A stretch of 64,000 nucleotides of DNA, from the NCBI GenBank assembly GCA_023399295.1, contig JAEWQF010000032.1:2209-66208 (forward strand). The letters run 5' to 3'. Source of the stretch: Bacteroidota bacterium (GTDB lineage Bacteria; Bacteroidota; Bacteroidia; Bacteroidales; Dysgonomonadaceae). Below the pieces are notes generated by a model. The model did not search any database, was not told the origin of the DNA, and saw only the letters and a list, made by a program, of their open reading frames with translations. Both the position numbers and the translations under genes were made by a program. Positions 18,418-28,800 of this stretch are shown here, piece by piece (the stretch's first letter is position 1; every line of letters begins with the position of its first letter).

Positions 18418-20250
18418 TTACTGCAGCAATAAGACTTCTTTGGCAGAAAGGGTTAGCGATTCACCCAGGGTGATTGTTTTTCCGGAGAGAAAATCCTTGG
18501 CACTGTTCAACCCTTTAATAGATTCTGCATAGCGATCCAGGTTTATCGTCACCTCCTTCGTTGTACCATTCATGAAAACCAGCACTTTCTCGTCACCCAG
18601 GAAGCGCTCGTAGACATAAACCCCTTTTTGCAGGACATAGTGCTTCATGTCGCCGCGGGCGATCACCTCATTGCCCTGCCGCCAGTGGAGCAGCTTGCTG
18701 AGGTAGTCGAACGCCTCGTTCTGGATGGCATCGCGACCCTCACGGGTGAACTGATCCACCTCATCTCCAGGCCAGCCACCGGGCACATCGAGCCGTACAT
18801 AACCGTCGTGCCTGCTTTTGTTGCCATGCATCAACAGCTCCGTACCATAGTAGATCTGCGGCGTACCGGGCATGGTGAGCAGGAAGGTGACCGCCTGCTT
18901 CCAGCCGCAGAGCTCCGTTGGGTATTCCTTCAGGAAACGGTCGGTATCGTGGTTGTCGAGGAAGCGCAACACGTTGGATATGTCGGGATAGATGAAGTCG
19001 TAGGTCATGTGGTCGAAAATGCCGTGCAGTCCCCCGTTCCATTCGGTGGTCTCCTCGAAGAAAGCGCTGTGGGAGAGTCCCATGAAGCGGAAGTCCATCA
19101 CCGACTTGAGGTGGCTGTTGTTGGGGTTGAGCGGGCTGTTTCCCTGCCAGAAGGCGGTGCCGATGGGGTTGTTGAGCCATGCTTCCGCCACGATGTTGTA
19201 GCCGGGGTACTCCTTCTCCACCGCCATGAGCCACTCCACCATCATCTCATAGTCGGCATAGGGGTAGGTATCCTGTCGGATGCCATCCACGCCGGAGTAC
19301 TCGATCCACCAGATGCTGTTCTGGATGAGATATTTTGCCACATGACGATTGCGTTGGTTCAGGTCGGGCATGGTGGGTACGAACCAGCCGTCCACCATCT
19401 TACTCTTGTCATACTCCGAGGCGTAGGGGTCGAAGTACATCTCCTTCATGTGGGAGGTCTGCACATACTCCTCCAGGTTGTTGAACCAGTCGGGTGAGGG
19501 CACCTCTGTCAGCCAGGGGTGGTCGCTGCCACAGTGGTTGAAGATCATGTCCATTACCACCTTCATCCCTTTGTCATGCGCATCGCTGATCAGCTGCCGG
19601 TACTCCTCGTTGCTGCCGAAGCGGGGGTCCACCCGGTAGTAGTCGGTGGTGGCGTAGCCATGGTAGGAGCCACCCTCCATGTCGTTCTCCAGCACCGGGT
19701 TGAGCCAGATGGCGGTCACCCCCAGGTCGGAGAGATAGCCAAGCCGGTCGGAGATCCCCTTGATGTCGCCGCCGTGGCGGGCATTGGGGTCGTTGCGGTC
19801 CACCTTGTAGGGGGTGCGCATCGCTATCTGGTCGTTCGAGGGATCACCATTGGCAAAGCGGTCGGGCATGATCAGGTAGAGCACGTCGGATGATCCGAAG
19901 CTCTCGATCGCCAATCGTTCCGGGTTGCGTTCCTTCAGCTCATAGGGCACGGTGATCTTCTTCTTTCCGTTGGTGAAAACCAGGTTGAAGCTCTCCGGAA
20001 CAGCTTCGGTGAGATCAAGGTAAATCAGCAGGTAGTTGCGGTTCTGCAACGTCACCACCTCTCTGATGACGACATGCTTCGAGGTGACTGCTGGAACGTA
20101 GTCGGCAATGTTGTCACCGCTCACCATCAGCTGCAGTTCGGTTTCCGCCATACCACTCCACCAGAAGGAGGGTTCCACACGGGGTGTCTCACCGTGGGCT
20201 ATGAAGGTCGACACAGTGAATAGTACAAGAAGAAGAATATGTTTTTTCAT
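18418..20250 (-). CDS. susA: SusA-like neopullulanase/cyclomaltodextrinase (GH13)
   Basis: RVEPSFWWSGM N-domain; YLIMPDRFANGD, YHGYA.TDYY, DMIFNH, DGIRQDT, AEAW, DNHD; signal peptide. Confidence 0.88.
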   Translation of the reverse strand: MKKHILLLVLFTVSTFIAHGETPRVEPSFWWSGMAETELQLMVSGDNIADYVPAVTSKHVVIREVVTLQNRNYLLIYLDLTEAVPESFNLVFTNGKKKITVPYELKERNPERLAIESFGSSDVLYLIMPDRFANGDPSNDQIAMRTPYKVDRNDPNARHGGDIKGISDRLGYLSDLGVTAIWLNPVLENDMEGGSYHGYATTDYYRVDPRFGSNEEYRQLISDAHDKGMKVVMDMIFNHCGSDHPWLTEVPSPDWFNNLEEYVQTSHMKEMYFDPYASEYDKSKMVDGWFVPTMPDLNQRNRHVAKYLIQNSIWWIEYSGVDGIRQDTYPYADYEMMVEWLMAVEKEYPGYNIVAEAWLNNPIGTAFWQGNSPLNPNNSHLKSVMDFRFMGLSHSAFFEETTEWNGGLHGIFDHMTYDFIYPDISNVLRFLDNHDTDRFLKEYPTELCGWKQAVTFLLTMPGTPQIYYGTELLMHGNKSRHDGYVRLDVPGGWPGDEVDQFTREGRDAIQNEAFDYLSKLLHWRQGNEVIARGDMKHYVLQKGVYVYERFLGDEKVLVFMNGTTKEVTINLDRYAESIKGLNSAKDFLSGKTITLGESLTLSAKEVLLLQ

Positions 20251-20417
20251 ATGATTAAAACATTTATTTTCATAGATATCATATGGAACTCGCTTTTATT
20301 CATTTGCTTTAGTGAAAATGATTGTCATGCTCGTTTCATATTTCGTTTGTTCTTTTAGATATAACAGTTGAATCAGTCTTCCGGTTTTTATGCATCATGA
20401 CCGAAATGGGTAGCTGT

Positions 20418-21452
20418 TCAATCGAGGAAAGCATCCATCGCTTTGGTGGGACGGCCGTCATCACCCCATGCACTCAGTGCATAGTGGCTCCAGCTACGGG
20501 CACCCTGTGGTTCCCAGTAAAAGACGCCGAGTCCCTTTTCAGAAGGGACTTGTTTCACTTTGTTGATCACCGCCCGCAGCATCTCATAGGTGTTGTCAGG
20601 CAGCACATCGACACCGCCTACTTCCACTACCATCACCTCCTTGCCGTAGCGGGAGGTCATGTCCTGCAGGTTGTCTCCAAGGTCATCGATGATTTCAGTA
20701 TAGTCTGGCTTTCCTTCAAGCCAGTAGGGATAGAATGACATGCCGATCACATCGTATTTCGCACCCTGTTGGGTGGCATTGTCGAACCACCAGCGGAAAC
20801 GATCGTTGTTGTTCCCCTGGTCCACGTGCAGGATCACCTTGCTGGAGGGGCTCACCTCCTTGACCGCATCGTAGCCGCGGTTGATCAGCTGCACCAGCTG
20901 TGGCCAATTGTCGGTATGACCCTCGGGGTGGAGCATGCCGGAAGGGATCTCGTTGCCGATCTGAACCCATTCCGGTGTCACACCCGCTTCCTTTAGGGAA
21001 GTCATCACACCCTGTGTGTAATCATAAAGGGTATCTTTCAGTTCATCGAAACTCAACCCTTCCCAGGCTTTTGGCTTGTGTTGCTTACCCGGATCGGCCC
21101 AGCTGTCGCTGTAGTGAAAGTTGATCATCACCCGCATGCCCCATTCCTTTGCACGCCTGGCCATCTCAACCGTCTCTTCGGTGCTGCAATGGCCACTGTG
21201 CGGATCGTTTGAAGGGTTTACCCAGGTGCGCAGGCGGATGGCGTTGATACCGTGATCCTTCAGGATCTTGAAACAATCCTCCGTTTCTCCCTTGTCGTTG
21301 CGGAAGATGTAACCACTTGCCTCCATTTGTGGAAGCCAACTGATATCCGCTCCCTTCAAGAAGGTGGAATCGGTTTTCACCTCTTCTGTGGTACGGCTGC
21401 AGGAAAGCAGCAGTAACAGTGATGAGAAAATCAGGGTGTATAAGCTTTTCAT
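20418..21452 (-). CDS. GH53 endo-beta-1,4-galactanase-like lipoprotein
   Basis: KGADISWL, NAIRLR.WVNP, FHYSDSWADPGKQ, VQIGNE (acid/base), GMSFYPYW, MVVEVG (nucleophile), GVFYWEP; lipobox LLSC after ATG 21452. Confidence 0.9.
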   Translation of the reverse strand: MKSLYTLIFSSLLLLLSCSRTTEEVKTDSTFLKGADISWLPQMEASGYIFRNDKGETEDCFKILKDHGINAIRLRTWVNPSNDPHSGHCSTEETVEMARRAKEWGMRVMINFHYSDSWADPGKQHKPKAWEGLSFDELKDTLYDYTQGVMTSLKEAGVTPEWVQIGNEIPSGMLHPEGHTDNWPQLVQLINRGYDAVKEVSPSSKVILHVDQGNNNDRFRWWFDNATQQGAKYDVIGMSFYPYWLEGKPDYTEIIDDLGDNLQDMTSRYGKEVMVVEVGGVDVLPDNTYEMLRAVINKVKQVPSEKGLGVFYWEPQGARSWSHYALSAWGDDGRPTKAMDAFLD

Positions 21453-21479
21453 TTTGTCTGAATTGATTGGAGAAGAGAT

Positions 21480-21511
21480 AAAAAAAGCGCGGTGGGTATA
21501 CCGCGCTTTTT
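21480..21511 (-). terminator. Intrinsic terminator after susF
   Basis: Minus strand AAAAGCGCGGT-ATACCC-ACCGCGC-TTTTTTT. Confidence 0.85.
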
Positions 21512-21519
21512 GGCATTTA

Positions 21520-22947
21520 TTACCCGGCACTCACCACCGTCGCCTTGAAAGCTGCCGGATCGGAGAGATCGAGTGTGATGGTGTAACTGCCTGCAGTGGC
21601 AGGGATGTTGTCACCACCATAACTGAGGTCGTTCAGGTTGCCTCCCAGGTTGATGTCCCATCCGTTGTTGGCTCGGAACTTGAAGCTGCCAGCTTTCAAC
21701 GTGGTAGTCACACTCCAGAGTCCGGTAGCGGGATTGTAGCTCATCGGGGTGGAGTTGTCCCAACCACCTTCGGTGGCGTCACCGATGAGTCCCCATTCGG
21801 TTTTCGTCAGCGTGTAACTGTTGGCGGTGAGGTCAACATCAATCTTATACATGCCGGCTTCAGAAACAGAGAGGTTGCCGGCACCGCCATCGTCGGAGAG
21901 TATTCCTTCGCCGCCATTCCCATAATTGGGTCCGTCCCAGTTGGGTTTGGAGGTGAACTTGAACTCGGTATTGGCTTCAGCAAAGTATACGTAGCCACTG
22001 TACTTGAAGTCGAAATTGCGGCTATAGAGGGTGGGGGCTCCTGCCGGATTCCATCCCTGGTGACCGCCGGGCACATAGAGGGTCAGGTTCATTTCACCGA
22101 TGATCTCGATGGTGTAGGTATATTCCATCATGTTGAGGGTGATTTTTACCCATCCCGGTTCGGTGACGCGCATCGCCTGCGAACCATCCAGGATGATGTC
22201 ACCTTCCAGTGCAGTGTTCCCGTCAACAGGATTGCCCAGTACGCCATCCCAGGAAGCGGCTTCCTTGCTCGATTTGGGAACGATCTTGAAGTAACCGGTC
22301 ACATTGTTCACCAGGATGGTGAAGATGGGATCTTCGTAGACATCCTTGCCGCTGTGGTTGAATTGGTACGCACCCAAGTCGTTGATGTTCCATCCGTTGA
22401 TGTCGCCTATCAGGTAGTATTCGGTTTCGATCACCGGTCCCACGGGGGTAACGGTTACGGGCCCCAGTACCACATCACCGGGTACCCGCACTGCTGCGCT
22501 GCCCTCATTGATGAACGAGGCCACACGCAGGTAGAGGTGTCTCGCTTGAGGTGCCTTTCCATAGAGGCTTTTGGCTGCCTCATTCAGGGTGGCGTTAGTC
22601 ACATAGGCGTTGTTTTGGTCACTTACAGCGGTGAGTTCAATCGCTTCGGTGAAATCTTCCGTATCAGATGCCTCCAAAAGGAAGGTCATCGTAGCACCCT
22701 CAGCCAGCTGGGGTGTTGCAGTGGTCTTGATGATTTCAAGTGGAGTCTCATCGGCCAGCATCTCCTCGGTGAGGAGAAGCGGTGCAGTGACACCAGCGCC
22801 CAGGGAGAAAGTGAAGCCGCTGACACTCTGTTCGGTTTCCTGCTCATTGGCCTGTGGCGGCGCCGACACATGGTCATATACATCCTCGCATGCATTCAAC
22901 AGTATGAAGGCAAGCAGCGTGGCAAATAGGGTTATCTTTTTATTCAT
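21520..22947 (-). CDS. susF: SusF/SusE-like surface starch-binding lipoprotein
   Basis: Lipobox LNAC; repeated CBM-like modules (LYVPGGHQGW, EFKFT, WGLIGDAT.GGW, FKFRANNGWDINLGG). Confidence 0.8.
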   Translation of the reverse strand: MNKKITLFATLLAFILLNACEDVYDHVSAPPQANEQETEQSVSGFTFSLGAGVTAPLLLTEEMLADETPLEIIKTTATPQLAEGATMTFLLEASDTEDFTEAIELTAVSDQNNAYVTNATLNEAAKSLYGKAPQARHLYLRVASFINEGSAAVRVPGDVVLGPVTVTPVGPVIETEYYLIGDINGWNINDLGAYQFNHSGKDVYEDPIFTILVNNVTGYFKIVPKSSKEAASWDGVLGNPVDGNTALEGDIILDGSQAMRVTEPGWVKITLNMMEYTYTIEIIGEMNLTLYVPGGHQGWNPAGAPTLYSRNFDFKYSGYVYFAEANTEFKFTSKPNWDGPNYGNGGEGILSDDGGAGNLSVSEAGMYKIDVDLTANSYTLTKTEWGLIGDATEGGWDNSTPMSYNPATGLWSVTTTLKAGSFKFRANNGWDINLGGNLNDLSYGGDNIPATAGSYTITLDLSDPAAFKATVVSAG

Positions 22948-22967
22948 GTTGTCTGATATTTTTTTAT

Positions 22968-22999
22968 GGATGAGCTCTCTCTGTTGAAAGAGCTCATCC
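22968..22999. repeat. Strong stem-loop between susE and susF
   Basis: Coding strand GGATGAGCTCTTTC-AACA-GAGAGAGCTCATCC, followed by an A-tract rather than a U-tract. Confidence 0.75.
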
Positions 23000-23011
23000 G
23001 GTTCTGCCTGT

Positions 23012-24154
23012 TTATTCAATCTTACCGCTGTTGGTGGTGAAGTTAATGTGAAGCTTCTGACCTGCGTTACCGGTCACACGATCCTGGTCATCACCTGCAC
23101 CACGGGGTGCGAAGACGCCGTCGAAGACGATGAACTCGGTGTGCCACCACTCGTGTCCGGGCAACTGGATGCTGGCGCGTATTTCACCGGTGTTGGTGAA
23201 GGGTGGTGAAACAAATGCAGCATCGGCACCCAGTGAGAGATCAGGTACAGAGAAGCGGTAGGCTACGTCGGTGGTTCCCCAGTTTCCTGCGGCCACATTG
23301 CCCTGCAGGTGTACCTGCGGAGGATAGAAATCTACTGCAAATTCATACGCACGGCCGTTGATGGCAGTTGTTACCACCACGATGTACCAGCCCGGATTGC
23401 CGATACCGATGTTGCCACCGCTGTCACTAGCACCAGGATCAGCAGTGCCATTGGCATTCACGGTAGCCTGTCCGAAGCCGAACTCGTTGCCGTCCCACGC
23501 CTTGGCAAAATTGAACTTGATCTCGGCATTGCCACCCTCACCGGTCTTTCCCAGGTATTGCATCGCCCAGAACTTGCCGGGAGAGCCCCAGATGGGTATC
23601 ATCTCAGTCGCACCATCCCAGCTCCAGTTGCCAGCCACGTTGCCAATGATGTACATTGCTTCCGGCATCACCATCGGATCGAGTGCGAAGTAGCCTTTCA
23701 CCTGTGGGAGGGTGATCACATTCGAAATCACCTCACCCGCATTCTTCGCATTCAGTGTCGAGATGAGACGGACATAGAGTGGATGCGGATCTGATGGATA
23801 CGCACTCTCATCGGTCACGCCATGCATACCCACCAGTGCCAAAGCCAGGTCGGCTGCATTGATGGCGAATCTGGTTGAGGTGTAGCTGCCTGGCAACGTG
23901 ACCGCATTTGTAAAGTCGGAACTGAGTGATACCTGCACGCTGTAGATGGCGACGGCAGTGAAGCCGTAATCAGGTTGAGAAGTGGAAAACTCGATTGATT
24001 CCGTGTTCTTCAGATCATAGATGGCGGAAGCATACTTCGGCATGTTGAGCACAAAGCTCTCAGGCTGCTGCAACACGACCTTCTCATCTTCCTGGCAGGA
24101 CCAGAAAAGAGAGATGCCGGCCAGTAATAGGATAATATGAATGATATTTTTCAT
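23012..24154 (-). CDS. susE: SusE-like surface starch-binding lipoprotein
   Basis: Lipobox FWSC; SusE N-domain QPDYGF...YSVQVS; C-terminal EWWHTEF...RG.G.DQ.RV motif. Confidence 0.82.
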   Translation of the reverse strand: MKNIIHIILLLAGISLFWSCQEDEKVVLQQPESFVLNMPKYASAIYDLKNTESIEFSTSQPDYGFTAVAIYSVQVSLSSDFTNAVTLPGSYTSTRFAINAADLALALVGMHGVTDESAYPSDPHPLYVRLISTLNAKNAGEVISNVITLPQVKGYFALDPMVMPEAMYIIGNVAGNWSWDGATEMIPIWGSPGKFWAMQYLGKTGEGGNAEIKFNFAKAWDGNEFGFGQATVNANGTADPGASDSGGNIGIGNPGWYIVVVTTAINGRAYEFAVDFYPPQVHLQGNVAAGNWGTTDVAYRFSVPDLSLGADAAFVSPPFTNTGEIRASIQLPGHEWWHTEFIVFDGVFAPRGAGDDQDRVTGNAGQKLHINFTTNSGKIE

Positions 24155-24168
24155 TGTCTGTAGGATAT

Positions 24169-25815
24169 TTAATTGGCGTTACTACTTGATTCATATCCGG
24201 TGTTCTGTACCAGATTCTCGTTGGCACCTATGTCATCAGCCGGGATGGGATAGACATTGAAGTAGTCGGCTACCGAGCGTCCTCCCGCAACATTTCCTTT
24301 CCAGGGCCAGATATAGGCTGATCCGGTGAGCTTGCCATATCGAATCAGGTCGGTGCGACGATGCCCTTCGTAGAAGAACTCGCGACCCCGTTCATCGAGG
24401 ATGTAATCGAGGGTAAGTTCGCCCGAGGTAATTGTGGCAGCGTTGTTGCCGGAATAGCCGCGCTGGCGCAGGTTGTTCACCAGCTGTAACGCTGTGCCTG
24501 CATCACCACCGGTACCACCTCTGAGAACCGCCTCGGCATAGTTGAGATAGATCTCACCCAGGCGGAAGAGCGGGAAGTCGGTGTAGGCAATGTTGCTCGG
24601 GGGCAATGTGCCGTCGCTGTTGCGGTTGTAGTACTTCACCACGGGGATGCCGTTGTTGGTGAAGAGCGAGGGATCAACAATCTCCACATTCTCTGTGTAG
24701 TCGATGCGTATCATCGAGAAACGGTTGTCTATTTCGTGTTGGTACTCCCGTTCAAAGGTGTGGAGGATCGCCTTGGTGGCACGGTTGCCCTGCCAGGCAC
24801 CCACTGCATTCACCTCGGCTTGCAAGTCGGAGGGTTCCATGGCACTCAGCAGGAAGGTCATCCCACCCCATGTCTGTGTGTCAGAACCATCATAACGCAC
24901 CGGGAAGATCATCTCGGGTGAGTTGTGGTTATCCGCCTTGAAGATGTTCGCGTAGACCGGATCAAGCTGGAAATTCACAGCCATCACCTTTTTGCTGTTG
25001 GCGATGCTCTCGGTATATTTCTTCACGCCGATATAGGTCTCGGCATTGAGGTAGAGACGGGAGAGGAGTGCCCAGTTGGCGGCTTTGTGTGCCCTGCCGT
25101 AATTGGTTGCATTGTAACCAATGAACGGATCCAGCATGTCGGCCTCACATTCGGTAAGCTCTTTTTCAATGTAGTCGAACAGATCGGCTGCCATGATCTG
25201 GGGAGGCAGTGTACTGCCCACCGGGCTCTCTTCGTTCACGAAGGGGACGTTGCGGAACATGTCGAGCAGGTAGTAGTAAGCCAGTGCCCTGTGGAAGCGT
25301 GCTTCGGCACGGAATGCCTTGATCTTGTCCTGGTCTGCCTGGCTCACGCCACGGGACGATAGCTTCTCTTCCGATGTCTCCCGGAGAAGGGCATTGGCAA
25401 GGTTGATCTGGTAGTAGAGACGATAGTAGAAGCCCTTGATGAACACGTTGCTGGAGGTCCAGGTGATGTAGTTCAGGTCGGGGATGCCCACGTCGTTCCA
25501 GGCACAATGGGCCTCGTCGGTAGGCAATTGTTGCAGGTTCCAGAGTCCCCTGAGGAAGGATGCCTGGCTGCCGCCATCCACACCTGCCACGTCGGGGTCG
25601 CCGTCACCACCGCTGTTGCCGCTGACGGCCAAACCGGCGTAGATCTTGGCCAGCAGTTCCTGGTAGGATCCCAATTCACTGCCGAAGACCACTTCCGATA
25701 CCAGTTCCTCCTCATCCAGCGGAATGGTATTCAGATCATCGACACAGGAGGCCAGCCCCCCGGTCATCAGGATGATCGCGATGAATGTTAGAATTTTATA
25801 TGTTACTGTCTTCAT
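24169..25815 (-). CDS. susD: SusD/RagB glycan-binding lipoprotein
   Basis: Lipobox LASC; AEARFHRA, LSRLYLNA, FRLGEIYLNYAEA, DERGREF..EGHRRTDLIRYG, LVQNTGY. Confidence 0.95.
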   Translation of the reverse strand: MKTVTYKILTFIAIILMTGGLASCVDDLNTIPLDEEELVSEVVFGSELGSYQELLAKIYAGLAVSGNSGGDGDPDVAGVDGGSQASFLRGLWNLQQLPTDEAHCAWNDVGIPDLNYITWTSSNVFIKGFYYRLYYQINLANALLRETSEEKLSSRGVSQADQDKIKAFRAEARFHRALAYYYLLDMFRNVPFVNEESPVGSTLPPQIMAADLFDYIEKELTECEADMLDPFIGYNATNYGRAHKAANWALLSRLYLNAETYIGVKKYTESIANSKKVMAVNFQLDPVYANIFKADNHNSPEMIFPVRYDGSDTQTWGGMTFLLSAMEPSDLQAEVNAVGAWQGNRATKAILHTFEREYQHEIDNRFSMIRIDYTENVEIVDPSLFTNNGIPVVKYYNRNSDGTLPPSNIAYTDFPLFRLGEIYLNYAEAVLRGGTGGDAGTALQLVNNLRQRGYSGNNAATITSGELTLDYILDERGREFFYEGHRRTDLIRYGKLTGSAYIWPWKGNVAGGRSVADYFNVYPIPADDIGANENLVQNTGYESSSNAN

Positions 25816-25827
25816 AATTGTCTGATG

Positions 25828-28800
25828 TTAAAAATTAAGATTGAGTCCCAGGATAAAGACGCGGGGGTGGGGATAGATGTTGTTGTCGATGCCGTTGTTG
25901 GTGAACTCGGGGTCGAGACCGCTGTAATTGGTCACGACCAACGGGTTCTGCACGGTGAAATGGATCCTTCCCGTCTGCTGTTGATTCAGCAGGTGTGTGA
26001 AGTTGTACCCCAGGGAGACATTGTCTACCTTCATGAAGGAAGCATCCTGGATGTAGTAGCTGGATTGATAGTGCACTGCATCAAAGTTGGTGTAGGTGGC
26101 ACTGTTAACCCTGTTCTTGAGCCATCCCGAGGGGTCGAAGGTGGTGTTTTTCGACTCACGGTTCGACTGGATGTTGTTGTAGGCATAGTTGCCGATGTTG
26201 CCGCGCACGGAGAAGTTGAAGTCCCAGTTCTTATAGGAGAGCTGTGACGACAAGCCCATGTAAAGATCAGGTGCTGCATTCTTCCAGGGTATCATATCCT
26301 GCTCGTTGATGGAGCCATCGGCGTTCTGGTCTACGAATACTCCTTCAAGTGGCTTTCCTGCCTCGTCGTACACCTGTTCGTAGACATAGAAGGAGCCTGC
26401 CGGATAGTTCACGGCGTGGATGGCGATGTTGTTGCCGGTGCCGCCATCAATGCCTCCAAAACGAACACCCACGTAGCTGGGGTCGTCGTTGATTGTCAGC
26501 TTGGTGATCCTGTTCTGGTTGAGCGTGACATTGTAACTCAGGTTCCAGTTCCACTCCTTGCTGACTACCGGGCGGCCAGTGATGGTGAACTCGATACCCT
26601 TGTTCTCCAGTTCACCCACGTTGGTGAGCAGCTGGTTGCTGAAATTGGTGCCGGCAGCAATCCCGACGGTGTTGAGCAGGTCGGTTGTCTTGCGGTAGTA
26701 GACATCGAATGCTCCGGTGATGCGGTTGTTCAGGAAGCCATAATCGAGACCGGCATTGTAGGTGGCGGTTTCCTCCCACTTCAGGTTCTCGTCATAAGCC
26801 AACGGACGGATCAGCGGGATCATCTGGTCGCCGAAGAAATAGTTGGCTCCTGCCTGGCTGTAACTGTAACGGCCCATCCAGGGATAGTCGCCACTGCCCA
26901 GGTTCTGTTGTCCGGTGACACCATATCCAAGGCGTAACTTCAGGTCAGACATCACTTTTCCCGCATCTTCCATGAACGGTTCGTTGATCACTTTCCATGC
27001 AAAGGCAGCAGAGGGGAAGAGACCCCACTTGTTGTCGGGACTGAAACGTGACGATCCGTCGTTACGCAGGGTCAGTGTGAGCAGGTAGCGATCGAGCAGC
27101 GAATAGTTCAGACGTCCAAAGAAGGAGATCACAAAGCTCTCGGTGGAGTAGTCGTTGCTGTCACGATAGAACTCATTGCCGGTCTCAGCAGCCATGGCAG
27201 CCGAGTAGGGGAAGAAGTTCTCCGTCTCGTTGTAGAATCGTTGCCAGGAATAACCGCCCATCGCATCGAAACGATGCGCGCCCGCCTCCTTCACATAGTT
27301 GAGGTAGAAGTCGAGCAGTGTGTTCAACTTTCGCTGGCTGTAAGAGGTGTTTTCACCCCATCCCGACTTGTAACTGCCCCAGGTGTAGCTCATGGGTGAG
27401 TTGTCTTCCACGATCACATCCCCCTTGCTGTCGGAGATGTCGTATCCCAGGTTGAGGTTTGCTCTCAGCCCTTCCAGGAATGGCATGTTGTAATCGATCT
27501 GCATGTTGCCAATGCTGCGCATCACCTTTGAGTTGTCATGCTTCTGCATGAGGATGGCAAGGGGATTGGCCAGTGCAATGTCGATGGGTGTACCATCGGC
27601 TTTGAGCGTCATGTGGTATCCTTTGCCGTAAGGTGATCCTGTGGCGTCATACACCGGCATGGTGGGGTCGAACTGGGTGGCCGAGTTGATGGCGCCCTGA
27701 TCGGCAAATCGGTTGGTGTTGTACATCCCGCGTGCGTTGAGCTGCACCCTGAGCTGTCCGTCGAGGAAGCTGGGAGAGAGGTTCACACTGCCGGTATATC
27801 TTTCCAGGTTGGATGTTTTCAGAATCCCGTTCTCATTGGTGTAGCCCACTGAGATGCGGTAGGGTAGCGACTCGCCGGCACTGCCGGAGAGACTGATGTT
27901 GTGGTCTGTGCTGACAGCTGTGCGGAAGATTTGATCCTGCCAGTTGGTTTCAGTGTTTCCCAGGGCAGCAGCCTGCTGGCTGTCGGCACCGAAGGAGTTG
28001 ACCACATAGTTGCGAAAGGTGGGTGCATCCATCAAATCCACGGCACCGGTGCGGGTGCTGACGGAGAAGTTGCCGTTGTAAGCCATTTGCAGTTTACCCG
28101 ATTTTCCCTTCTTGGTGGTGATGATGATTACTCCATTTGATGCGCGCGAACCGTAGATGGCAGTTGCCGAAGCATCTTTCAAGACGGTGAAGGTCTCGAT
28201 GTCGTTAGAGTTGATTGTGCTCAGCGGGTTGGCCATGCCATTCACACCGGAGGCATTGTCCACCGGAACACCGTCAATCACGATCAGCGGGTCGTTGCTG
28301 GCCGACATGGAGGAGCCGCCACGAATGCGGATACTGGAGGAGGATCCCGGTGCACCGCCGGAAGAGACAACACTCAGTCCGGCAACCTGTCCCACCAACA
28401 GATCGGAGGGTGAGGTGGCCAGACCGCGGTTCAGCTTGGTGGCATCTACAGCCACCACCGAGCCGGTGGCATCATCTTTACGTACCGAACCATACCCGAT
28501 CACCACCAGTTCATCCAGTAGCTCGGTGTCTTCAACCATTGTAATCTGGAGAGTGGTCCTGTTGTTGAGTGCGATCTGTTGGGGACGATATCCGATATAA
28601 CTGACGTTGAGCACTGCATCGGCCGGTGCCTGCAACTGGAAGTTGCCATCGTAGTCGGTCACCGTTCCGGTTGAGCTTCCTGCCACCAGGATGTTGACTC
28701 CGATCAGCGGTTCTCCGTTTACGTCCGTAACCGATCCCCTCACATTTATCTGCGTGCCATTCTGGGCATTGGCTGATAAAATCATCAGCAAACCCGACAA

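Noticed and set aside
18418..20250. Apparent GC difference between the core and the ends of susA, suggesting mosaicism
   Set aside because: I only spot-checked two 60-nt lines (about 60% versus 45% GC). Gene ends are commonly more AT-rich, and a sliding-window or codon analysis would be needed.
21364..22929. 521-aa ORF on the + strand antisense to susF
   Set aside because: It is fully antisense to a well-supported gene and has no recognisable motifs. Long shadow ORFs are expected from codon bias; similar ones lie opposite susA, ftsK, ftsZ and murG.
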